From an uncultured candidate division Zixibacteria bacterium (lineage in GTDB: Bacteria > Zixibacteria > MSB-5A5 > GN15 > PGXB01): 64,000 nt of DNA. The position numbers and the translations under genes are program-made. Below are positions 34,537 through 45,933 of this stretch, one piece after another (positions within the stretch are counted from its first letter, which is position 1; each line of letters begins with the position of its first letter). Where the stretch lies: positions 416,001-480,000 of the forward strand of contig OY969724.1 of assembly GCA_963702205.1 (NCBI GenBank), given 5' to 3'. A model generated the notes under the pieces. That model was not told where the DNA came from, made no database searches, and saw only the letters and a program-made list of their open reading frames with translations.

Positions 34537-35388
34537 GTGTCCATCAAATGGGGGGAAGGTCAGGGACAATAATACCAAATTGCACGTTGCTTTATATCGT
34601 CATCATCATCAGTTTTAAACTTATTTTGTGGGAAAGATCTTACATTCATCCATGTGCCTGAAGAAACCGCTTGGACTTTCGTAATTGAAGCAATAAGCAT
34701 TTGTTGATTACAATATCCTAAAATTACATGATGTCCTCGCAAGCGAAGGGTTGCCGTAATATCTAATGTATTTAGTAACCATGACACATCGTCAACCAAG
34801 TATTGCCCTCTTGGGTGCTCAAATACTATATAATAGCCAGCCGGATCCCATTTTTCCGATTCTTCGATAAGCAATGCTACTTGATCATTATCCCTAGTGG
34901 CATCTCCTGATATGGCTAGAGTCATTATAAGTGGCAAATTCAAGTTAAGAGACTTAGCCATATCAAAGATGGCAGAATGTATATTAAGCCAATCAGCGTC
35001 TATTTTAGTGGCCAAAAGACCAGGCAAAATAAAATGGGAAGTTGACAATCTTGAATTTATATCAAAAAGGTTGTTGATTAGTCGTTCTAGCCCGACACCT
35101 TGCCAAAAGGCACTACTCTCATAATCAGATGGCCAATATTCATGAGAACATAGCCGTTTATGATTAGCATGAGGTAGGAAAAATTGTGGATCCAAAAGCG
35201 TGGCGCAATCTTTTATTTTCAGCATGCTGTCGGTAAATCCCAGAAGCTGTCCTTCATATAAATCTCTGGGGCTTAGAATCACTGTGCCGCCACCCCAATT
35301 TGACAAAAGATGTCGACAGTGTTCCATCATGCCCCATCCAAATTGTAAATAAAGTTCCACTTAATTCCCCCTTGGCATAAGGTTCTTT

Positions 35389-36255
35389 CTAATTCATATT
35401 GGCCCGAGAGCAAATATCTCTCATCCACGAAATAGCTTCTGCGACTGAAGCAGGGCGATGATGTCTTTGTTTTTGAACCATTGTATCTACCAAACCAGCG
35501 AAGTCATCGGCAGAAGCGAAATTTAAAGATAATTTTGGCAGCTGCATATGCTCAACACGGCTTATCTTTTCAAAGTCATCCCGCGCCCCTTTAGTAAAAG
35601 GATTGACTCCAGTGGCTGATTCATATAGCGTTACTCCTAAAGCGAACATGTCTGCGCGACAATCGATGCCAGATTTAACATTTCTCATCTGTTCAGGCGG
35701 TGCATAACCCAAAGTGAATTTACCAAATGGCAAACCTGAAGCAGTAAGAGAATCCAAAGCCAAATGTCTTGCAATACCGAAATCCAATAGCCAGAATTGA
35801 GAGGCATTATCAAGCATAATATTTTCTGGCTTTACGTCACGATGTACTATCTTGGCCTGCTCTGCTTCTCCCAGAATTTGCAGCACCTCCAATCCTAGTT
35901 TGAGCAGGCTTGAATTGCCTAAAGGGCCATTGGTAAGAAGTTGGCGAAGTGTTGATCCATTAATCCTCTCTTCTATTAGATAAACACATAAACCAACAAT
36001 TGGAATATCAACAGAACCCATGTCTAGAATTTTTGGAATTCTTTTCGAATCTATTTGATTTGTTGCTGCAATCTCCCTACGAGTTTCCTCATCACCTTGC
36101 GGGGTATGCAAAATTTTTAAAACAATAGAACCCAAAGCATTATGATCGCAAGCAAAAACAGTTTTAAATCCACCGCTGTTAAGCAATTGAAAATGTGAAA
36201 GCCCCGGAAAATTATCAGATAACCAATCCAAATCAAGTCTGAGTGGCGGACTCAT
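35389..36255 (-). CDS. Stand-alone Hanks-type Ser/Thr protein kinase
   Basis: SGGFKTVF, VLK, HRDVKPEN, DFG, GYAPPEQ, DMFALG. ATG at 36255 sits 2 nt after the upstream stop. Confidence 0.92.
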   Translation of the reverse strand: MSPPLRLDLDWLSDNFPGLSHFQLLNSGGFKTVFACDHNALGSIVLKILHTPQGDEETRREIAATNQIDSKRIPKILDMGSVDIPIVGLCVYLIEERINGSTLRQLLTNGPLGNSSLLKLGLEVLQILGEAEQAKIVHRDVKPENIMLDNASQFWLLDFGIARHLALDSLTASGLPFGKFTLGYAPPEQMRNVKSGIDCRADMFALGVTLYESATGVNPFTKGARDDFEKISRVEHMQLPKLSLNFASADDFAGLVDTMVQKQRHHRPASVAEAISWMRDICSRANMN

Positions 36256-36257
36256 TC

Positions 36258-36983
36258 TTATAGGCTCCTTGTCATAGAAGATTCCTGCCACACCCATTCA
36301 TTAAATAGCCAAGACGCATAGGAACGCGGCAATATATGGCTTTTGGAAACATCAATATTTAGACATTTTGAGTTTTCTTCAAGGAATTGTATACCATAAT
36401 GCAATACCGATTTGCGAAAAGAGAGGTTTGTCGGGAGCTTAGGCATTAATATAAATGAGTCTGATGCGAACCATGTATTCATAATTGCTTGTGACAACGC
36501 AACATTCCAATTGCTAATTTTCGCCTCAATTGCAATAATACGCCTTACAGCGAAAATTTCTGATAATGGTTTTGAGTAGTACCTATTGCGTTCTCGGATT
36601 AGTACATCCGCATCAAGCAACCTGAAAAGACTTTGTTTGGCATTATAATAAAACATGTCTTCCAAATCTGATTCATAAATTGAACGGCGATGATATATAT
36701 AATGCAAAAGGCGAATGTCGTTTTTCTCCAATAACGACCGGCAATTTGACCAAGACGTGGTCACCCCATGATCCCAAACCACTGCCACCAAATCAGGGAC
36801 TCCTGATTCCAATCTAGGTTGACAATATATGGTGGTAGAAAAATCGGCAAAATTCCATAAAGGTTTTCGTAATAAAAATCGGTTTACTAAATCTAATTCT
36901 GGACCGGCCTTTGGGGGCAATAAATTGGGTCCTGTAATGCGGATATTACTTGTATGATCGAAAATATTATGGGTTGTTGCCAT
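36258..36983 (-). CDS. PD-(D/E)XK nuclease-like protein with an inserted winged-helix-like region
   Basis: PE..., GVPDLV, IIAIEAK, ALSQA...FASDSFILMP pattern. Confidence 0.65.
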   Translation of the reverse strand: MATTHNIFDHTSNIRITGPNLLPPKAGPELDLVNRFLLRKPLWNFADFSTTIYCQPRLESGVPDLVAVVWDHGVTTSWSNCRSLLEKNDIRLLHYIYHRRSIYESDLEDMFYYNAKQSLFRLLDADVLIRERNRYYSKPLSEIFAVRRIIAIEAKISNWNVALSQAIMNTWFASDSFILMPKLPTNLSFRKSVLHYGIQFLEENSKCLNIDVSKSHILPRSYASWLFNEWVWQESSMTRSL

Positions 36984-37151
36984 CTTATAAAAAGTTATTC
37001 CTGAATGCCGCCCTATACTATTCTATTATAAAAAAAGCAATATTTTTTATTATGCAATTGTTATTTAGCATTTAATTTTAAAAGCCATTCGCTTCATCTA
37101 GTTCTTTTTGAATCAAAAGATATCAAAATTTAACACTCATGGTCTATCCCC

Positions 37152-39587
<2,436 letters not shown>

Positions 39588-39895
39588 ATCTCTATACTCT
39601 CGGGCGACGGGCAGCGTCCGCCGCAATACGGCGGTAATTCGGTGAGTCGGCGTGTTGGAGATTCGTTCTCAATGGTGATTGAAACCGGGGGCAAAGCCCC
39701 GTAAAAGCGCGGATTGTCGGACTTTATTATCGGCACAAGTGATTATACGGCACTTGAAATATGTCTGTCAAGCATTTCCTCAGATTTCTATAAAATTGAT
39801 GACATCGGATTCGAAACGAACCGATAAAGGTTTCTGCCGACCGGTCGATAGAAAAAGTATGTGTCTCAAACTGAAACAGAAATGGATTTCGTCCT

Positions 39896-41245
39896 ATGAA
39901 CTTTTCAAAAAGTGATTTGGTTGAAACAGAACTTTTCAATACCGAACGCGATGTTTCACCCGCCCGCGACCTGACGGGTTTCTGCCTGAACTTATTCACG
40001 GGCGCCGCCACCGGTGAAAGTACGCCCGACCGGGTGGAAATCTATCGCGACGGTGAAATCGTGACCGGCCGGGACAAAACCGACCGCTCGCGTCTGCCGG
40101 TCGACCTGTTTACCGGGCCCGACGGCGAAGGAATGTTCCGGCGTCGGGTGGCCTTAAGCGGCGATGATGCGCGAAGCGTCCTGGCCGCCAGGCTGGGGCA
40201 GGATTTTGCCGGGTGCGAAATTTCCGCCGTCATAAAAGCCGAAAATGAAAATGATTTCGGCCCCCTGACCGATAACCGCGACCATCTGATCCTCGGTGAA
40301 GTAAAAAGAACTTTCGCCGCGGTCGCTGCATCCCGCACCATTCAGCGGGCTCTGCAGGACGATACCCGGATGCACTTTCTTGTCGATGAAAGCGCCGAAA
40401 TCGTCTGGTCTTATATTCCGAAAGGCATCATCGTCTGTCAGGAGATAATCGAACGAACCCGCAAGGCGGTATCCAATCCCCGACCGGAAAACACTAAAAT
40501 AGCTCATTTTAATCTTCTCAACCGGCCCTACCGGCTGGTCTCGACGGTCCCGGTCGAAGAGACGCCGGGCTCGATCGTGGAGTTCGATACGGAATTTATC
40601 GAGAGGATGATTCATAAGCTTAGAGGTAAGCTCGGAGCCATTCTTACGGCTTCGGAACAGCTTGGCAATGTCGATTACGATCTTTCCGCCGATGAACAAA
40701 CCCAAATGCTGGGCATAATAGACAAAGCCACTGAACAGATCGGTTCGATCGTGAATCGCTTTGAATCGTACACGACTCTGCCCGAACCCGAGTACAGGAA
40801 TTTCGATCTTACGAGCTGGCTGAAAAATATAGTCGAGGTCAAGGCCGCAGAGGAAAGCCCCATCCGGGTTGATGCAAGCCAAAAAGTTATAAACGTCAGT
40901 ACCGATAAAGAGCTTCTTCGGCAGGCGGTATTGGAGCTTATCGACAACGCCCTTGAATCGGGCGACCGAAACCAACCGCCAACTGTCGTATTGGACGCCG
41001 ATGAAACCTCGGTTTCAATAGCGGTTTCCAATGAACTGCCGACAAAGTCGGGTGACAAAACCCGGCTATCACGCAATATCACCGAGCCGTTTTTGTCGAC
41101 CAAATCCGGCCAAGCCGGGCTCGGTCTGACAATTGTCAAAGCCATTATGGGCCGTCTGGGAGGACAACTTGAAATAGATTTTGCCGACGATGACCGCTTC
41201 ACGGCGCGTCTGGTGTTGTCCCATGATGCTATTGGAGAGAATTAA
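39896..41245 (+). CDS. Cytoplasmic sensor histidine kinase with atypical boxes
   Basis: IHKLRGKL H-box, ELIDNA N-box, EPFLSTK...GLGL F/G2 boxes. Confidence 0.75.
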   Translation: MNFSKSDLVETELFNTERDVSPARDLTGFCLNLFTGAATGESTPDRVEIYRDGEIVTGRDKTDRSRLPVDLFTGPDGEGMFRRRVALSGDDARSVLAARLGQDFAGCEISAVIKAENENDFGPLTDNRDHLILGEVKRTFAAVAASRTIQRALQDDTRMHFLVDESAEIVWSYIPKGIIVCQEIIERTRKAVSNPRPENTKIAHFNLLNRPYRLVSTVPVEETPGSIVEFDTEFIERMIHKLRGKLGAILTASEQLGNVDYDLSADEQTQMLGIIDKATEQIGSIVNRFESYTTLPEPEYRNFDLTSWLKNIVEVKAAEESPIRVDASQKVINVSTDKELLRQAVLELIDNALESGDRNQPPTVVLDADETSVSIAVSNELPTKSGDKTRLSRNITEPFLSTKSGQAGLGLTIVKAIMGRLGGQLEIDFADDDRFTARLVLSHDAIGEN

Positions 41246-41247
41246 AC

Positions 41248-42657
41248 ATGAATTCTGAAAATAAAGTGCGCCCGAGGATTCTTCTGGTCGACGACGACGT
41301 TGAATTCCGCACCGCCACGCAATTGGCGATAAAAAATCACGATTACGATGTCATTTCGGCGGGAGGCGTCGGCGAAGCCATAGATCGCTTAAAGCACGAT
41401 GAAATCGATTTGATCGTCACCGATTTTAAAATGACCGACGGTACCGGACTCGACATTTTGACCGAGGCCCGTCGGGGTCACCGCGAAATCGCCGTTATAA
41501 TCCTTACCGCGTTCGGCTCGATCAGCAACGCAGTCGAGGCGATGCGTCGCGGGGCCAGCTATTATATAGCCAAACCGTTCAAAACCGATGAACTTCTTCT
41601 TCAGATAGAAAAGGGGTTGGAAGCCAAAAGCATGCGCGAGGAGCTCAACAACCTGCGCGAAGAAATCGCCTGGAAGTACGGTTTCGACAGCCTGGTCGGG
41701 ACGTCGTCACCGATGCGGCAGCTGAAAGCTCTGGCCTCGCGGGTCGCCGCGACCGATATTTCCATCCTCGTTACAGGTGAATCCGGCACGGGCAAGGAGC
41801 TGTTGGCCAAGGCCATACACTATCATTCCCGGCGTCGAAAGAACAAATTCATCCCGATCGACTGCGCCTCAATCCCGGAAAATCTGTTGGAATCGGAATT
41901 TTTCGGACACAAGAAAGGTTCTTTTACAAGTGCCTACACCGACCAAATCGGTCTTTTCGAACAAGCCAACGGCGGAACCGTTTTCCTCGACGAAGTCGGC
42001 GATATGCCGATCATGCTTCAGGCTAAGATACTGCGTGTCCTGCAGGAATCGGAAATTAGACCTATCGGATCAACCGAACCTAAAAAGATCGACGTGCGCA
42101 TTATCGCCGCGACCAACGCCGACCTGCCGACGCTGGTCAAAGAAGGGCGCTTTCGCGAGGACCTGTATTACCGCCTTAACGCCATGCCGCTGCGTATTGC
42201 ACCTCTTCGCGAACGAGTCGATGACGTCAGCATGCTGGCCGAGCATTTCATAATGAAAGAAAACAAGAAGCAGGGCGGTAAGATTTCTATTTCATCCGAG
42301 GCCATGCAAAAACTGATCGCTTTCCAATGGCCGGGAAATGTCCGGGAACTCGAAAATACCATCAAGCGGGCGGTGGCGCTGTGTCAGCAGGAAAGAATAA
42401 CCGCTTCGGACATTATGTTCATTTCGACCGAACCGCCGCAGTGTAATTGCGTAAAAAGAATTGAGATCAGTGACGCCGGTGACTGGACTCTCGAAGAAAG
42501 CCTCTGCCAGAGGATAGAGGCGGCTCTTCACGCCACCAACTGGAACTATACCCGCACGGCTGAAAAATTGGGTATCGGGCGTACCACCCTGTGGAGGAAA
42601 ATAAGAAAATACAATATCACCCGTGGTGAAGAAACCGCGGAGACGGTTTTAAAATAA
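41248..42657 (+). CDS. Sigma-54-dependent (NtrC/AtoC-family) response regulator
   Basis: REC domain (LLVDDD, VTDFKM), GESGTGKE, GSFTSA loop, FLDE, WPGNVREL, Fis-type HTH. Confidence 0.93.
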   Translation: MNSENKVRPRILLVDDDVEFRTATQLAIKNHDYDVISAGGVGEAIDRLKHDEIDLIVTDFKMTDGTGLDILTEARRGHREIAVIILTAFGSISNAVEAMRRGASYYIAKPFKTDELLLQIEKGLEAKSMREELNNLREEIAWKYGFDSLVGTSSPMRQLKALASRVAATDISILVTGESGTGKELLAKAIHYHSRRRKNKFIPIDCASIPENLLESEFFGHKKGSFTSAYTDQIGLFEQANGGTVFLDEVGDMPIMLQAKILRVLQESEIRPIGSTEPKKIDVRIIAATNADLPTLVKEGRFREDLYYRLNAMPLRIAPLRERVDDVSMLAEHFIMKENKKQGGKISISSEAMQKLIAFQWPGNVRELENTIKRAVALCQQERITASDIMFISTEPPQCNCVKRIEISDAGDWTLEESLCQRIEAALHATNWNYTRTAEKLGIGRTTLWRKIRKYNITRGEETAETVLK

Positions 42658-42658
42658 T

Positions 42659-43264
42659 ATGGAAAGTAAACAGAGCACGAATCAGAATTTGGCGTCCGGT
42701 AGATCATCGTCCGGTGGCCCGGGCAGAGCGATCAATGTGCACGTAAACCGTCCCGATTCAGGCATCAATAATATTATCATGCGCTCGGTATCGGGCATTT
42801 TCAACCGGCGGCAGCATCTGCCCGCACAGTTTTTCGCGATAACCAAGAAATTGAGCAAGTTTTTTTCCATATCCGGAGCCGTCCTGATAGTCCACTCCAA
42901 AAAGGACGACTGCCTCAAGGCCATTGCCCTCAAGGGAGACAGTTACACCCGCGAAGGCCTCGCTATCAGCCTGCCGAAGACAATGTCGCTTCTGTACGAT
43001 GTATTTTCCGACAACGAGCCGTACATCGAAAACTACCCCGACGGTTTCCCCGGTAATTTCGTGGAACGTAAACTGATCCTCGGCGAGGATACTCGTTCGA
43101 TCATTATATGCCCGACCCGTCACGAGGGCCGGCCCAACGGATTGATCTGTTTCGCCTCGCCGGTACCGTACGCTTTCGTGTTGTTCGAGGACGGCAATTT
43201 TGACGCTATGTCGGAAAAAATAGGCTCGGTGATCCACCGCAACCGCAATCGGCTGAATATCTAA
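42659..43264 (+). CDS. Hypothetical GAF-like domain protein
   Basis: Starts 1 nt after the regulator stop. SIIICPTRHEGRPNGLICF resembles the C-terminal strands of GAF domains. Confidence 0.55.
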   Translation: MESKQSTNQNLASGRSSSGGPGRAINVHVNRPDSGINNIIMRSVSGIFNRRQHLPAQFFAITKKLSKFFSISGAVLIVHSKKDDCLKAIALKGDSYTREGLAISLPKTMSLLYDVFSDNEPYIENYPDGFPGNFVERKLILGEDTRSIIICPTRHEGRPNGLICFASPVPYAFVLFEDGNFDAMSEKIGSVIHRNRNRLNI

Positions 43265-44403
43265 CTGCCGGTCTGTTCCTTGAGCTTTTTCTTATAATTC
43301 AGTTTGGCCCGGTTATGCTCGAGAAGTGTCCGGGAAAACACGTGCCGTCCGGTCCCGTCGGCGACAAAATACAGATAATCGGTTTCGGCGGGAAAGATCG
43401 CCGCTTTGATGGCATCCAGACCGGGATTGTTGATCGGACCCGGCGGCAGACCTTTGTACTTATATGTATTGTACGGTGAATCGTAGTCGAGGTCTTTGTA
43501 CCACAGGGGACGGTCCAGCCGACCGATGGCGTAAATCACGGTCGGGTCGGCCTGAAGAAGCATCCCGTGTTCGAGACGGTTGCGATACACTGAAGATATA
43601 ATCGGCATCTCGTCGGCATACTGCGCCTCGGCCTCGATTATCGAAGCCAGAATTATTATATCTTTTTCCGACATATCACCCATATTTCCCCGCGTAAGAA
43701 CGTCGCCCGTCAGGTGACGAAATTGCCTGACAAGATCGTCGATAATCATCTCGGCGCTCATGCCGTACCAGAAGCGGTACGTCTCCGGAAAAAGATACCC
43801 TTCCATGGTTTCCAGACCGTATTTATCCTCGCTGAACTCGGAATCATAAGCGAGAGCGGCGAAATCCGATGAATCGACCAGCCCGGCCCGACCGATGTAT
43901 CCGGCGATTTGGCGGGCGTTCAGTCCTTCCGGTAAGGTCACCTTCTCTGTCTCGATATTTCGTGAAGTGAATTTACTCAGGACCCCCCGGAGCGAGACGT
44001 CGCCGCTGAAATCATAACGACCCGGGGTCAGGTCGCGATCGAGGCCGGTCAAGATAGCCAGTCGCCGGAAGAGATAGTCATCCTTGATCACCCCCGTCTC
44101 TTTGAGATCGGACAGCACTTTGGTGAAAGAATCTTCCGGTTGCACCATAATCGAGACTGTCTGATTACCGATATTGTACGGTACATATATCTTGTACCAC
44201 AGCAGCACGGCCGCCGCCAGCAGAATAACTATGATAAAGCCTATAATATTCTTTATCGATTTCAACGGAGCTCCCGTCGCCTTTACTAAAAAACCAATCG
44301 TCTTAAAAGTCACCACCGGGGCCGCCAGCAGAAAAACGAATACAGTGACGGCCCAGTATTTTATATACTCATGCGGCCGGAATTTGGCTTCAGTTTTTTT
44401 CAC
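43261..44403 (-). CDS. mltG: Endolytic transglycosylase MltG (YceG)
   Basis: EGYLFPETY, LASIIEAE, LQADPT, SPYNTY..GLPPGPI motifs. Confidence 0.94.
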   Translation of the reverse strand: MKKTEAKFRPHEYIKYWAVTVFVFLLAAPVVTFKTIGFLVKATGAPLKSIKNIIGFIIVILLAAAVLLWYKIYVPYNIGNQTVSIMVQPEDSFTKVLSDLKETGVIKDDYLFRRLAILTGLDRDLTPGRYDFSGDVSLRGVLSKFTSRNIETEKVTLPEGLNARQIAGYIGRAGLVDSSDFAALAYDSEFSEDKYGLETMEGYLFPETYRFWYGMSAEMIIDDLVRQFRHLTGDVLTRGNMGDMSEKDIIILASIIEAEAQYADEMPIISSVYRNRLEHGMLLQADPTVIYAIGRLDRPLWYKDLDYDSPYNTYKYKGLPPGPINNPGLDAIKAAIFPAETDYLYFVADGTGRHVFSRTLLEHNRAKLNYKKKLKEQTGS

Positions 44404-44821
44404 CGGCCCTGTCCAGAAATGTCTGCAATATTATGGCGGCGGCCATGCGGTCGATACGGCCTTTGTCCCGGCCGGTCTTTTGATTGTGCATGTGGATTAT
44501 GTTCTCGGCTTCGGTCGACGAAAAACGCTCGTCTTCTTTGTAAATCGGCCCGCTGTAATGCTTTTGCAACAGCTCGATGAAAGCATCGATAGCCCGGCAG
44601 CGTTCCCCTGCCGATCCGCCCGAAAGCGATATGGGATACCCGACCACGACACCGGCGGGGTGATATTCCTCGATTAAAGCCAGGACCTTGCGGACCGTCT
44701 CGCCGACATTTTGAGCCGTGATAGTTATCATCGGCGAGGCGATCAACCCGGTCGGGTCGGACTTGGCAATACCGGTCCTGCGGTCGCCAAAATCAATTCC
44801 GAAATAAGTCCGGTCGTTCAT
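44390..44821 (-). CDS. ruvX: Pre-16S rRNA nuclease RuvX/YqgF
   Basis: GIDFGDRRTGIA, VVGYP, DERFSS, IDRMAAAIILQ motifs. Confidence 0.94.
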   Translation of the reverse strand: MNDRTYFGIDFGDRRTGIAKSDPTGLIASPMITITAQNVGETVRKVLALIEEYHPAGVVVGYPISLSGGSAGERCRAIDAFIELLQKHYSGPIYKEDERFSSTEAENIIHMHNQKTGRDKGRIDRMAAAIILQTFLDRAGEKN

Positions 44822-44871
44822 GGGATCAATGTAAGGTACTAGCGGAATCGAGTCAAATTAAACTCCTGGCA

Positions 44872-45132
44872 GGTCAGGAGCCGTGCCGAAGGTCCTGAAC
44901 GAAGTGAAGGGCGCTCCTGACACTTTGTCTTATTACCATGAACACTTTGCAATCAATGTCATTCCCGCGAAAGCGGGAATCCATCTTTCAAGCGCTGTCG
45001 GGAACCTTATCCCGACAGAAATCCCCAAAACGCCGAAAGCGTCAGGAGTGGGTTCCTGACGCCGCCGTAAATTAAAGTCCTGGTCAGGAGTTATTCCGAA
45101 GGCCCTGAACGAAGTGAAGGGCGCTCCTGACA
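44872..45132 (+). repeat. REP-like cluster: two 51-bp GGTCAGGAG...CTCCTGACA units plus an ATTCCC-N8-GGGAAT palindrome
   Basis: Copies at 44872-44922 and 45082-45132; GTCATTCCCGCGAAAGCGGGAATCC at 44958-44982. Confidence 0.85.
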
Positions 45133-45139
45133 TCTTGAT

Positions 45140-45730
45140 CTATATTTTGCGAACCAATAACTCACCATTACCTATCGGGACTTTTACAGAATCGACTCGA
45201 TTGTCCTTTGCGACGAATTCAACAAACGCGGCCAATTCTTCCTTATGACTGATAATATTATCAGCCACGAGAATTCCTCCGTGGACCATTTTGGGGACAA
45301 TCAAATCGTAGCATTCACTATAGTACTCTTTTTCTGCGTCGAGAAAACAAAAAGAAATGTTTTTATATTGATCGATCATTGCGCGCACGTCGGCTTCGAT
45401 TAATTCCACGACATCAATGACTCCGGCATTTTGAAACGTTTCCCCGGCCAGCCTGGCCTTATGTTCCAGGACCTCAAATGTAACGACCCGGGCATTCCTG
45501 AGTCGCGCCGCCAGCGCCAAATATAATGTGGAATAACCTGCACTGGTCCCGATTTCGATGAACAATCCGTTCGGAGCAGAAGCGGCCATCAAAGTCAAAA
45601 ATCGGCCCGTCTCTGGTGGAATCTGGCGAAGTCTTTCCATTTTGGGAGTACCATCGGTACGGTCTTGCGCGTCGATTTTTTCAAGACGGTACATTTGTTT
45701 GAGAATTGGTTCGGGAATTGAATGAAACAT
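45140..45730 (-). CDS. Class I SAM-dependent O-methyltransferase
   Basis: [23 protein letters not shown] motifs. Confidence 0.88.
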   Translation of the reverse strand: MFHSIPEPILKQMYRLEKIDAQDRTDGTPKMERLRQIPPETGRFLTLMAASAPNGLFIEIGTSAGYSTLYLALAARLRNARVVTFEVLEHKARLAGETFQNAGVIDVVELIEADVRAMIDQYKNISFCFLDAEKEYYSECYDLIVPKMVHGGILVADNIISHKEELAAFVEFVAKDNRVDSVKVPIGNGELLVRKI

Positions 45731-45755
45731 ATTTTATCACCTTGTAATTCTGGTA

Positions 45756-45893
45756 GGTCAGGAGCCCCGCCGAAGGTCCTGAACGAAGTGAAGGGCGCTC
45801 CTGACATCTTAGTCTTTTCGTCGGGTTTCTCGAAGACTCGGAACCCGACCTACCGAAAATAATTACGCCGTCAGGAAAATATCCCTGACGGCA
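45756..45893 (+). repeat. REP-like cluster: third 51-bp unit plus two further palindromes
   Basis: GTAG-led unit at 45756-45806; GTCGGGTT...AACCCGAC; GCCGTCAGG...CCTGACGGCAC. Confidence 0.8.
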
Positions 45894-45933
45894 CATAAAA
45901 CTCAATGTTTAAACTTGTCCCTAACCCGGTATT

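Larger units (their letters stand above)
33275..34562 (+). mobile_element. IS3 family insertion sequence with a 3-bp GGG target duplication
   Basis: IRL TGACCTTCCCCCGGATTAGTGGACA; IRR TGTCCATCAAATGGGGGGAAGGTCA; GGG at 33272-33274 and 34563-34565; orfA/orfB layout. Confidence 0.95.
32864..35360 (-). pseudogene. ~400-aa protein of unknown function, interrupted by IS3
   Basis: Removing the IS and one GGG copy fuses the two ORFs in frame (...AIWYYCP-HALSEYKMPYLDLAQRFG...). GTG start at 35360 with an AAGGGGG RBS. Confidence 0.88.
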
